A stretch of DNA of 64,000 nt from NCBI GenBank assembly GCA_028534125.1, contig CM052825.1:1302001-1366000 (forward strand), in the 5' to 3' direction. Positions 1 to 12,330 of this stretch are shown one piece after another. Position numbers and translations under genes: made by a program. Each line of letters opens with the position of its first letter. Position 1 is the first letter of the stretch. This DNA is from Lama glama. Lineage: Eukaryota. Under the pieces are notes generated by a model. It was not told the DNA's origin. It made no database searches and saw nothing but the letters and a program-made list of their open reading frames with translations.

Positions 1-3000
1 GCCCCCAGGGCGACTGTCGTCCACTGCAGACACCCCGCCCCCGGGGCCTGGTCCAGCACAATGGAGCCAAGGGCAGGCCTGGGCACACATCACCTGCATC
101 TGGTCTGCTCTGGCCACCAGGTACCTGTGCAGGTCCCCGGAACGCAGGTAGACCCGCGCCCCCAGACCAGTCCCAAGATGGTACAAGAACAAGTGTGTTG
201 AGTGCAGGTCGCAGTGCCCTTCACGTGTCTGGCAGAGCCCAGAGGAGACAGCTGAGACTTTTGGGGCGGGGGGCAGGGGGCCAGGCCCAGGCAGACAAAG
301 TGCCTGCTCGCTTAGAAAAACAATCTGTCCTTCCTGACACAAAATGCTTTTCATGAAAGCAAGAGGGGAAAGAGTGAAGCAGAGGACACACAACTCTGCA
401 GGAGACCCCGGGCACCAGCCGCCTCGCAGACCAGCTCGGCCGGCCTGGGGTCTCTGCTGGAGGGGCTCCATTCCCACGCTGGTCAGCCCCGTGTCACTCC
501 AAGTCCCGAGGCCTGCTGTGAGCCCTAATGCTTCATCAGGACTCAGTTCTGTAAAAGCTAGACCAGACGCAGAAATGCACCTGGGCAGGTTGCAGGGGGC
601 AGCGCCCCCAGGCCCCTGCCCAGGCCATCAGCAGCCTGGCTCTGACTCCCCGGGCCCAGCGACGACCCCGTCAGCCCTGGGGAGACAGCAGGGCTCGAGC
701 CGCGCCACAGCCCCACCACCCGGGCTCGCGTTCTCAGGCAGGGACGCTGCGTTCGCGTTCGGTGGAGCAGAGAGCTCCGTGCACATGGCAGGCCCCAGAG
801 GCAGAAAGCGAAAGCCGGTGAGGGGAGGGAGGAGCCCTCGCACAGCGAGGAGGCAGCTCCTCCAGGAAGCAGCCAAGGTGCCCTGGGCTGCGGAGCCAAG
901 GGAAGAGGCAGAAATCCTGACACGCAGAAACTCAGAGACCTGGACCCCAGGCCTGCGGGAGGCACCACTGCTGTGGGACCAGACCTCTGAAGCGCCCGCC
1001 TAGGGCAGGAGCTGGGAACCAGCGCTGGAAAACTGCCCACTGAAGTCCACGGCTGCCACCTGCAGCAGGACGCCCCTCTTCCAGGGGAAGGACCCGGCCT
1101 GCCCCTTCCTCCCCACCAGCCCGGCAGGCTCTCTCCCCCAGAGCCCCCTGCTCGGCCACACTAGGCCGCAGAGCAGAGCGTAGGGAAGGGAGGCTGGGGT
1201 GGGGGGCGTCCGGTCAGCAGGAGAGCGGCCGTGAAGAGGGGCCCTGGGGGAACAAAGGTTGGACTGTTTGGCACAGACAGAGGGCCGGGTCTTCCAGAGG
1301 AGCACAACTGTCTGATGTTTCCAAGAATTCACTCCAAAATGCCCCAAATTATTTTTTCAAACCACCTGCCACCAGGTGGCCTCCCCCTTCCTTGAGGACC
1401 AGTGGGGAGAGGGCAGACCTGGCCCCGCGGAGGCCATCCTGCAGCCCTGCCCACAGGCCGGTGAGCACTCCGCGGGGCGGAAGCACTTGGGCCACGGTCC
1501 GGAACCCCGACCCGCGGCGCCAGCGCCCACGTGGCCGCCTCCTCCTGGGGGAACGCTCTCCCATTCAATCGCGGCCTTTCTTGTGGAGCAAAGAGGAGAA
1601 AGCTCATAAAAAATTAAACCTCCGGTTCCACGCGAAGTTGACCCCAAGGTCAGCAGCATTTCTGTGAACCTTTAGTTCAAAATCAAGTTCTCAGTTCCTA
1701 GAGGAGAGGCCGGCAAGCTATCGACCAAGACCTTTTCGGGCTGGCGTCTGCAGAGAGAAATGAGGTCTGAGCTTTTGAGAAGCCCTCTCTGCGCTGTGAC
1801 GGGCCAGCGCGGCCCACTTCAGTGAGGTCTCCATCAGAAGGCCCGGCCTGAGAACATCTACTTCAAGGAGCAACGGAAGGACACGGCGCACTCTGAAGCC
1901 GCGGGGGCCGTTTTAATGACCTTCCCTGTACTGACGGCAGGGACGCGGCTCCGCCCTCGCCCGGCAGCCCCCCACCCCCGGAAGGGCAGCGGTGCGCCCA
2001 GCCCAGGAAGGACCGGCGCGGCGCCCCTGCCGAGCCCTCGCTTGTGCCTGGGGAGGGGCCAGGGCTCCCCACCAGGTCCTGCCTGGCGTCGGCACGGAGG
2101 GCAGAAACACGCCGGCTGCCATGATCAGACCCAAATTCAAAACAAGAACAGCTCTGAGGCAAGTGATCTTCCAGTGAGGGACCTGGTGGAGATGTTCACA
2201 CAGACACTGGGAAGAGGCAGGGAGCTCCATCTCCAATGACTGTCCACAGTGCCCGCCACACAGCACCCAGCAACCCGCCGGGGGTCTTCTGTGGTTGAGA
2301 CCTGAATCCACTGCGTGTGCACACGACTCACAGAAGTCACACTTTTGTAGGAAACCAGGAAAACAGTAAACAACACCTTATTCACACTCTGCAAAACTCC
2401 TAATGCATCTTCACGTCCAGGATCCGAGCACAGAGGTCAGACCCCTACCCGTGCTCCCTAAGCGTCCCCTCCTCACGCCGGGTGAGCCGGGCCTCAGGGC
2501 TGGTCACTCACTCGAGGCCCCCTCCCCAGTCAGGACACGGTGCCTGAACTCCAGTGTCTCCCGTGCTGGGCCTCGTGCACCCTGGGCCCTCAGCTGGGAC
2601 AAAGCCAACCACCATCAAATTGGTGATGCACTGTCTCTGTCTGGGGTGAAAAGGGCCCCCAGTGATCTGTCAGAAGGCGGGGCTCGCAGGCTGGCCGCAA
2701 GCTGGGACGTCATCCACTCCACCCCGCCCCAGGGCCACCAGGAGGAGGAGGAGGTCAACAGGTCTTGGTGCCATCACAGCTCATCAGGGAATCATCAGGC
2801 TAAAAATTCTGAAAGTCAGCCTGTGGAGAGTGGAAGGAAGGGCCGTGGAAAGGGCAGGGCGGAGCTCAGGCCCTGGGAGCCGGCAGCATCAGGAGCTGCC
2901 TGACCCAGCACGGGCTCTGAGTGACACCCAGGACTCCCGTGCCAGCAGGACGTGGGGACACGACTGAGTCGCAGCACATACCCAAAGGATGTCAGGGTTT

Positions 3001-5449
3001 CGGCTGAGAGCAAGATCACCACCTGCAAGGACAGGGCTGCCAAGATGCTGGCGGCAGCAGGTGAAACAGGAAGAAGCCGGCGGGGATGCGACCCAGCCAA
3101 AGGGGGCCTCCAGGGAGCAGTGCTGCATGTGTCCAGCGATCCAAGGGCACAGCGAGGGTGCTCGGGACCTCACCGCCTGCAGGGGTCGGGGCAGGGCACA
3201 GAGAAAAGGGGACGCGTACTGACCTCTAGGTGGTCTGAAGGTGACAGGGAGGTGGCAGTCAGATCCTGGTAGAGAAGGATCTCTCAGAGCTGCCCAGGGT
3301 GGGATAAGCTGCCTGGTGTGGCCAGGCTCCAGCCAGAGGGGCTTCAGCTACGGCCACCTCCTCTTCCAGAGGCAGCCAGCCGAGGGGGCTGCAGTGGGGT
3401 GAGGAATCACTGCTAAGACTTAGGGATTACCTCTGGAAGCCATGGCCCGGAGGACGAACGGTGGGTGGACAGGACACCCAGTGCTCAACAGGACACCTCG
3501 AAGCAGCAGACTGCACTCTGACCGGCGAGCGCCACCGCGCGCAGGCCTGTGGGGGTGGGGGTGGGGGCAGCTTCCTCCAAGCAAGGCTGCGTTTCCCAAC
3601 TCCGTTTCACCAGCACCCTGAGCACAGGGCCTGGAGGTCTCTAAGGAAGGTGGGGTGCTGCAGGGGCAGGGGCCCACGCCTGTTACTGCCCGCAGCCTGC
3701 GGGCCCTCCTGTGGGCCGCCCACTCCGGTCCTGAAGGCAGGGCCTGCGCTCCCCTGCTGGGCCCCAGCTCGGGCACTTTGCAGGATGCGACTGAGGAAAG
3801 CAGAGAGAGGCCAGGGAGGCCGAGGGCCACAGACCAAGGACAGGCAGGACCACCACTCACACCGAAGCGCTTCTGGAGGAAAGACCTTCCAAGGGAGAGG
3901 CCGCGGGCAAGGAGCACTCGTGCTCCAGCCCCCGCCCCCTCGCCGTGGCTCCGCAGGTCTGACAGTCCCGCTCCACACGCACGCTGAGCTCCGCTCCCCC
4001 ATCTGCATCTCCAGCCTGGTCCAGGCCCTTCCACCCCACCACTGGCCCCACTGTTGCCTGCTCGCCCACCACCCACCGTACCAAGGCTCCGCTTTGAATC
4101 AGCCACAGCCTCCTGCTGTGTTCACAGAGCAGCCAAGTGCAAGGCCAGGCCCAGCTTCCCTGCCTCACACCAGGGTGCGCCCTGACTTGTGGGCACCTGG
4201 CTGCTGCGGCTGGGTTTCCAGCGTCAGCAGCCACCTCCCCTCCTGCCACCTGACTCAAACCCATTCTCTTCCTCCACGTCAGGATCTGCTGAGTGAAGGC
4301 GCGTCCCTCCCCTGCTGCACCGCACCCACAGCCCAGGGTGAGCACCACCAGGTCTGCAACAAACGCTCTCCTGCGGCTCATAAGGACGGGGCAGGGCAAG
4401 TCTGAGGCCGGTTCACCGAGGGCTCGGGGCTCCTGGGCGACATGGGCCTTGGCACCCGGCAGGATGGGCTGCAGGCGCCAAGCAGGTGTCGGGGAGGCTC
4501 CTGACCCGCCCGTCAGCGGCCCAGGCACAGGCAGCTCGGGCTGCAGGAGGGGGAAGCAGAGGGACGTGACGGGGCCCAGGGCTGGGCCTGTGCAAGGACC
4601 CCGCTGACCAGCTGGGGAGGGAGCCTGCCCTGCCGTGCTTGGGGAGAATCGCTGATGGAGGGCATGGCGGGTTCTGAAACAGGTCCGATACCTGCGGCCC
4701 CGGGGCCCCGGGCAGAGGCCCCAGCAAAGCCGGGCGTGAGCCCCTCAGCATCAGAGCTCAGGTGCTTGGAGCAACTCTCTGAACTTCCATTTCTCCGACA
4801 AAAAGGAAGCTACTGCTCTCTGCCTGCCTGAGGGGGCGGCGGGGACCCCGGCAAGACACGGGCAGAGCGCAGGACGAGTGTGCAGTGGGCAGACCCACCA
4901 GAAGGGAGAGGAGCCACCCCAGGGAGAGCCGCTGGGCGAGCTCACATCCCGCCTCCTTTCTGAAGCTTCACACACAACAAAGAGGAAAGCAGAAGAGGTC
5001 ACGAGCTGGATAAAGTTGGAGCTGAAAGACTGACCCAGCGCCTGACAGAGCTCTGCACTGCCTGTATGCTCGCACACCGGGTCCTGTGAGCGCCCCCAGA
5101 CCCCCGGAGCACAGGGAACCGCTGCTGCATCCCTGTTCCCCGACAGGGAACACACAGCCGGACGGAGGCGGGCCGGAGCCCCGTCTGCAGAGCGTGGGCC
5201 CTTCTCACCGCATGGCCAGCCTCGACCAGCACGGCTGAGACCAGATCTCGGGCACAGCAACGGGACCCGGGCTTCGTCAGTCTTGCCAGGTAGTAGCTTT
5301 GGCTCGTGTGGGGAGAAGGAGGGGGACCACGGAGACAGGAGGGCAGGAGGTGGGCAGCCCTTCCTGTCTGGGTCCTGCTCAGGCTCACAGGAGGGGCTGC
5401 CCTGGAGAGGAAGCCGTGAGCCTCGCCCCACCACCCACAATGCCCAGGA

Positions 5450-5860
5450 TGCCCAGCTGTTATTACGTACAGCATCTAATTCCAATCCTAAATGCCTCCA
5501 AGTGTCATTACACACTTCTCGGACAAAAAAAAAAAAAATCCAAACAGCGGAAACAAAACCAGAGAATGAGAAAAGCAAAGGCTGAAATAATTACCAATCA
5601 AAGGAGCAGCGGAGGGAGCAGGCAAGGAGCTGCAGCCTGGCCTGCGGGCCATTTCCCCTCCGCCTCCCATGAGCTCCCAAGATCTCATCAATTCGAATCA
5701 CCAAATTCAATTTGCATTCCCAGATAAACAGAGGCCACACAATAAATACTCTCCTCTGACCTTGAAATGCGAGAAGGAAAATCACCCTTCGCAATTTCAA
5801 TTCAATCCCAACCATGATGAATAATCCAATTTAGCTGATCCGTCACCAACCTGTAACCGT
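5450..5860. promoter_or_regulatory. Candidate conserved enhancer (AT-rich, motif-dense island)
   Basis: Non-repeat AT-rich island with TAATTA 5588-5593, ATCAAAG 5597-5603, ATTTGCAT 5710-5717, AGATAAACA 5722-5730, TGACCTTGA 5757-5765 and TAATCC 5822-5827. Confidence 0.5.
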
Positions 5861-7143
5861 AGGGGTGGGGCTGCCTCCAAGTTACAGGGTGGGGAGCCCA
5901 AGTGAGGCTGCTCAGAGCGCCCAGTGCCAAGGTGCCAGGCCCAAGGAGAAGCAGCCCCGCCCCAGGAGGCCACTGGGACTCAGGAAACGACTCGGCAGAG
6001 GCCGGAGGGCAGGGCAGCCCCTCGGGTCCCCCGGAGCAGCTGCCCCGGTCCCTGCAGCTCGTCCCTCAGGAGCACAGCCCTGCGGAGCCCACAGAAGACG
6101 GGTACCCGGGGGCGCCGGCACTCAGGGCGAGGCAGCGAGGCACACGGGTCTGACCTACGGCGGGGGGCGGGGGCAGGCATCCACACCCACCAGCTCACTG
6201 AAGCCCACGGCACCCCAGAGGATGCGGTCATGCCCACCGTCCCCAGTAGGGCGGAGGACAGCTCTGGAACGCGGCCTAGCCCTCTCATCACGTGGCGTCT
6301 ACACTGCTTTCCTGAGACAGAGATTCTGTGGCTTGAAAAGGCAAAAACATTCACCACCTGGCCCCTTCCACTGGGCTCCACCTGATCTACGTCCAGAAAG
6401 GGTCCGCCCACCGACGGCCCAGCCAGTGTGCCCCCTCGGGAGCCCACAGCCCTCAGATGCCGGCTGCCCTCCCTGTGGAGGCCACTGCCCGGGGCCCAGC
6501 TGCTCACCCTGGGCCCCAGGCACCCTCTGTTTCTACTCTCACAGACTGGAGTGGTTCCGGGCCCAACCCCGCACCCCAATACCCCAACTTCCCCAGGCCC
6601 CGCAGGCGGCCACCTCCACGGACCTGCACGCAGCAGCACACACGGGGGGCCGCGGGGAAGGGCCCACAGAGCAGCGGGCCCGGTGCTCCTCCCCGGCTTC
6701 TCAGTTACCGTCTGCCTCCCGCCCCCTCGCTGTGGGGGACGCTGCAGCCCGGGGGTGGGGGCGGCCTTCCCAAGGTCACAGCAGCCAAGCAGCAGCCGGG
6801 CAAAAACCGCGTCCTGTGATCCGAGGCTCGGGCTGCCTCGCCCATGCGCCGTCTCTGTCCTCCCACACCCCAGCCCCCTGCACCGAGGACGGCAGACGCC
6901 TGACAGCAGAGTGCCACATGCCCTGGGCCGGCGACAGCCTCCATCAAGGGGGAGGAAGGGCGTGCCCCCCAGGCTCTCTTGTGCGCTCTTACTAAGGGAC
7001 CCAGAGCAGGGGAGAGAGACCCAGAACACATGAGGCTGGGTGAGAAGAGTGAACCAGCTTCTGACCCCCGAGCAGCCCAGTAACAGGAGACCTGGCTAAA
7101 CACGCACTTCAAACAGCTCCTGGGGGACGCCGCTCCGGTTCCC

Positions 7144-7173
7144 AGCCCTGAGCCCTGAGCCCTGAGCCCTGAG
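7144..7173. repeat. (AGCCCTG)4 tandem repeat
   Basis: Four exact 7-mers plus AG. Confidence 0.95.
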
Positions 7174-10100
7174 TACGAGGTCCTAAGCAGTGCACCTCAG
7201 TACCAGGAACTGAGCCTCAAGTACCAAACACTCAGGCAGAGGCTGCTCTGTGCCCCGAGGCAGGGAGGGGGCAGCGTGGGGCCGACAGAAGCGCCTGCAC
7301 TTACACACCTGGTCAGTCATGGTGAGGGTGAGGCGGCGGCAGCCCGGACAGTGAGGCCGTCAGAGCCGTGTCCCTGCATGACCATGAGCGTGGACAGTCC
7401 CCAGGAGAGATGTGGAAGGGGGCGTGGTGGTGAGAGAGCCTGGCGGCCCCACCAGGACACGTCCCACACCCGGAGCTCCAGCCGCGCGACTGACAGGCGG
7501 GTCAGCAGCCCCTTGCCTGCGGCGTGGGTGCCAGCGTGAAGGTCGTGGACCCCACTCCTGGTGCCGGGAGGTAGGCCTGAGTGCGCTGGCGGTGGGGGAA
7601 GGCTCCCCCTGGGGACACGCCTGGGACTCCTGAAGGCCCAGCTCCAGGTGGGGTCCCCATCAGGACCTCGGCTCAGGACCTCGCCACTCCATCTCCCCAA
7701 GAGACCACGGAGGGCCACGCAGCTGGGAGCTCCGGGGGAGGAGCCCCCACGACAAGGCAGGGTGACGCTGGCGCACATGCCCGGGGGGCGCTCAGTCAGC
7801 GGCGATACTTCACCCCTCACCTGCAGGCACTTCACGCCCGCCTCCTCCCAGAGGCACTCCAATGCAGCCGTTTAAATAGACGGGGAACGACCGTCAGAAA
7901 CCAGACGCTACGAGACGAGAAACCCACAAATCACGTCCCCGCGGGTCCCCAGCCCAGCGAGCGCCCCGGAGCCGAGGGAGGGCAGACACGAGGGCTCAGG
8001 CCTTTGCTCCCCGCGCGCCCTGCAGACCCAGCCCCGGGCTCAGCAGCGCAGAAGTGAAAACAAGACAGAGAGAGAAAGAGGGAGAAAGGCTTTTGAAAGG
8101 TGCCAGCTCCCGTGCTCAAGGAGAGGAGTTCCCCATCTGGCGCAGGAGACACAGTAAGGACGGAGCGGAGGGAGAGGACAAGGTCAGGACGCGGTCAGGT
8201 GTGAGGGCGCAGAGCTGGGCGCGCCCACCGTCCCAGTTGTCTGGGCCAGGGCAGGAGGTCAAAGGGCAGGACCAGATGGGGAGGATCGGACCAGCAGTAA
8301 AGGTGAGGGGGCACCACCTCACCCTCGTCTCTCCCGGAGGCGCCCCACGTCCACCAGCAACTGCAACGCAGGGGCGCCAGAGCACCGACCGCCCACACCC
8401 TCCGCACCTTCGAGCCCCACCCCTCCCGCTGCGGGCCTTCCGGCTGCGTCGGTCACCCCGTGGCAGCTGGATTGAGAAAGCCCACGCCTGTCTGTTTCTC
8501 CTCCATGGACTGGGCCGTCCTCGGCCAGAGCACCAGCAGTCAGTGCTCCGCTCAGTGAGGCCTCTCACGGGACGCAGGTCCTGCAGTGCCTCGCCCCCCA
8601 CCCCCGAGGAGCCCCCCCAGGCACGCAGCCCACGGGGCTCCGCTGGGGAGGGCCACACCGCCCACCCCCCGCGTGACTCCCAGGCAAGCATGGCCCCCAC
8701 GCCCTCTAAATGCTGCCGCTCTAATAAACCTCCAGGGCATTGTACGTGCTGGAATGACAAACATGAAAGGAGAAAATGAGATTTTAGAGTTAGCAGTTCC
8801 TCCTTCATCATCTTCCGTGTAGCCTCACTCACTGACCGCTTCCTCCTCCCCGGGCGTCGGGGCCGGGGCGGTGACACCTGACTGGAGAAAGGCCAGCTAC
8901 TCGGTTTATTTCCTCTTGGACTTTGAGAGTCGGCTCAGACAGAGACCACCTTCCCGGGGCAGGGCCGGCGCCTGTTGGAGAAGCTGGGGCCCTGCCCTGC
9001 TGCCACGGGAGGGGCGCCGCAAGACCCACGCTGCGGGCACTGCCAGGGGCCGGAGAAGAAGCACCGAAGTGGGTCCCGGGGCGCAGGCCCGCGGCGTGGC
9101 TGTCAGGAGACTCCAGAGGACACAACGCCCTGGGCGTGGTCCCTGCGGCCCCTCAGGGTGGAAGAGGTGGCGGCAGCACGCGGCAGCGAAGCCCAGGACA
9201 CATCGCGGCTCCCAGTGCACTAGTGCAGGGTGGTGCCGAGGAAACTAACAGTCACCCCCAGGACCCCTCAGGACAAAGCGCTCTGCACAGAAGCTAACAG
9301 ACGCCTGGCGCGCTGCCGGCACCCCTCTGCCAGCCTCCACGTAACTCCTGCTGCTGGCCTTTCAAGTGGCCACAGGCACCTGCTTATGGACTGCTGCAGG
9401 TGTCCCGGGGAAGCTCTGCGGTTCTCCCAGCGGCAAGGCCAGGCTGTGGCCCCACGAGCCGGGAGGAGGTCAGACAGGAAAGGCAGTGGGTCTCAGCCAA
9501 GGCCCAGGGCGCTCGGGCAGGGTGGGGAGGCTCCTGGAAGGGGCGTCACCCAGGGCCGTGGCCAAGCACCAAGGGTGGGCGTCACACCTGAAGGGGGACA
9601 GCACGAGTGAGGCAGCGGCGCTGCGAGGAGCACCCCCCAACGAGACGGCGGGTTTATGTATGGAGCAAGCACCACGTGGGCTTCAGGAAAAGGCAACGGG
9701 AAAACCACGAAGACCCCCGCAGAGGCCGAAAGCCAGTGGCAGCTCTGCACACCAAGACCAACGGGGCCGGGAAGACAGGTCCACCCACCCACGAGTCAGC
9801 CGGGCTGCCCGGGGCCGGGGCCGGGGCCTGGGCCGGGAGGGCTGGGGAGGGGCCAGCTCATCGCCAGCTCAGTGACTCTGTGAGGACCCTCCTCCCATCA
9901 AGGCCTGGTGTTCCATGAAGACCCTACTGTGGAAGAGAGCACTCTGGGGACTCTGACGTCCATGCAGTGCCTCTACTTCTCGTTCTGACATCTCACGGGA
10001 CACCCAGCGGGGAGTTCTGATGACCCACGCGGCAGGGCAGGAGGGAGCGGGGGGCCGTGACGGTCCACAGTGTTCAGGAGGCCCCGCTCAGGACAGCTCA

Positions 10101-10709
10101 GAGAACGAGTCTGGAGGTGCCGGAACAGACGTGCAGAGACGTGACGCTGTGGTGTGCTTACGATTCCTTGTTTGATTTTCTGAAATCCTGGAGGAGAAAA
10201 TGAGCCTGAGCAGCTGTGGGGACAGTCACCGCAGCGCCAGGCACGTCGCAGGGCCACCACCAGGCACAGGGGAGGGGCCGGGGGCCTCGGGGCCCGGGCG
10301 ATGCAGAGAGCAGGTGGGAGACAGGAGCCGCCGTCTGAGAGGCGCAGACTCCCCGACACTGGAGTGGGCGCTGCTCTGCCCTCCCTCCCACTCACTACCG
10401 TGGTTATTTTCTCAGAAAAAGACACTCAGAGTTGACCTCACGCCTGTGAAGACCCCAGGCGACACTGGGGCCCCGACACACATGTGGCCCAAGGCCAGGG
10501 CAGGACAAGGTCGTGCTGGCAGAGAGACCTTGGCACCACGGGGCCAACAGCTCCTATCAAACACCGCGCCCCTTGCGGTGACATGGCCTGCTGAATCTCA
10601 CCTACCTGGCCCCGCCACATCCGCCACCGTGCCCTCTGGATACGGGGTGCCCAGGGTCTGGAAGCCTCCCCGTCCTTGCCCTACACCAGGCACGACCACT
10701 CAGCCACAG

Positions 10710-10815
10710 ATCCACTAAATCAGTGCAAATCCAGTGCATCCTGTTCCAGGCACTGTTCCAGGCAAAGGAGACAATGGTGAACAGATCCAAGGAGCTTATG
10801 GCAGAAAAGCCGACA
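10710..10815 (-). mobile_element. L2 3' end fragment
   Basis: ccaggcactgttccaggcaaaggagacaatggtgaacaga...ggagcttat is typical antisense L2 3' sequence. It includes a 12-bp tandem duplication ctgttccaggca (10741-10764). Confidence 0.6.
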
Positions 10816-11619
10816 TCCCAGGACGTGCCGGGAGGGTATGGGCCACCAGGGCCTCCTCCTCGGCTGTCCCGGCCACCGCCACGCCCCACTGCAGCATGGC
10901 CGGCTCCCAACTCCCAATTCCGGAGCCCACACAGGGGTGGGGGGCGCAGCAGTCCCCCTGGGTCTCCTCACTCACAAGGCTCGGTCCCAACATGAGGCCA
11001 CAGCACCGCCCGGCGGCTACAGAGCTGAGGGAGGACATCGCCCTGTGCCCTCAGCAGGGGGAGCAAGCCAGTCGCCAGGCACAAAGGCCAAAGTGCTCAA
11101 AGGCCCGGGCTCGCCTGGCCCACGGATCACCCAAACAGCGAGTCCTGCCCCCAGTCAGGGACCGACCAGCAGACACGTCACCCCCACGTGGTTTCCTGTG
11201 CGGTGCTGCGCTCACCGCACACCCACCCCACGTGCCAGATACCAAGAGCGCGGGAGTGAAAGACCGTTTCCCCGAACGAGCCCCTCACAGCAGACGGCAC
11301 ACGGGACAGTCCGGGGAGAAACAGCCCGGCGTGAGGGAAGGGCCTCCGGGAGCCTGAGCGGGGGGCCCGCGTCCTCCCCGTGGGCTCAGACTCAGCCCAT
11401 CCTCGCCTCCACCTTGCCCCCCCACGGCCGGGGACCAATGCCTGGCTGCACGCAGGGCCCCCTCCCCCCGATTTACACAGAAGGCGCCGAGGGCATGTGG
11501 GGCCCCTCCTCAATGGGCCGCGCTTGGTTCTCAGCATCAACGACATTCCAAGACCATCTGCTGAAGGATTTTTATAAAATTTACCACTGTGACCACCGCA
11601 AGCGAGCCATCAGCGGCTT

Positions 11620-12330
11620 CTGTGTATCTGCGCTGTTGCCCAGACAACACTAGCTCAGGAGACTCATCACCCCAAAAAGAACCTGTGCCGCCAGCAGCCA
11701 CGCTCCACGCCCCCGGCCCCGGCTCTGACCTGCTCTCCAGGCACTGATTTGCCTGCTGTGGGCATTCCACACTCCTGGACCGGGCACCACACGGCCCTCC
11801 CTGGCCAGCTCCTTTTGGTTGGCACTGCGTTTTCAGGGTTCATCCTGACCGTGTGCGGCCCCTCCGCTCCCCTCACGGACGAGCGGCGCCCCCAGGGGGC
11901 CTGTGCCACGGCGGTCCTCCACTCCCCGGCCAGCGGACACCCGGCCCCTCCTGCCCCGCGGTGGTGGCTGTGAGCACCGCTGCTGTGGACCCCAAGTGCA
12001 GGGTGTCGTGTGAGTGTGCGATTTCAGTCTCCTGGGCCGTGTGGTGACCCTGCCGGGCTGGTGCCCACAGCAGCTGCACCCTTCGACATTCCTACCCAAG
12101 TCTGTGAGGGCTCCAGTTTCTTCACGTCCTCACCAAGATGCACCACTTTCTGTTTTTAAAATTATTACAAAAACGAGGCACAGTAACATGTAAGTGCCCG
12201 TGCGGCGTTACTGCCACGCACGGCATCGCAGCCGTCCTGGTGGGTGTGAGGGACGTCTCGCGGGAGCGCGGATGCTCCCCCTCCGCTTGCTGGCCACTCG
12301 CAGAAATGTCTGCTGAAGTCCTCTGCCCTT
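11620..12330 (-). mobile_element. Old L1M 3' end, strongly GC-shifted
   Basis: tcatcaccccaaaaagaacctgtgcc, gttttcagggttcatcc, cagcagctgcacccttcgacattcctacc, gagggctccagtttcttcacgtcctcaccaa and agccgtcctggtgggtgtga occur in the expected order for an antisense L1. Confidence 0.75.

Noticed and set aside
8826-8877. Possible terminal exon on - (GVTAPAPTPGEEEAVSE*)
   Set aside because: Weak acceptor, no recognisable homologue and no supporting upstream exons. The adjacent island is better explained as a CNE.
10723-10995. Protein-looking ORF start QIQCILFQALFQAKETMVNRSKELMAEK
   Set aside because: Explained by an antisense L2 3' end with a 12-bp tandem duplication.
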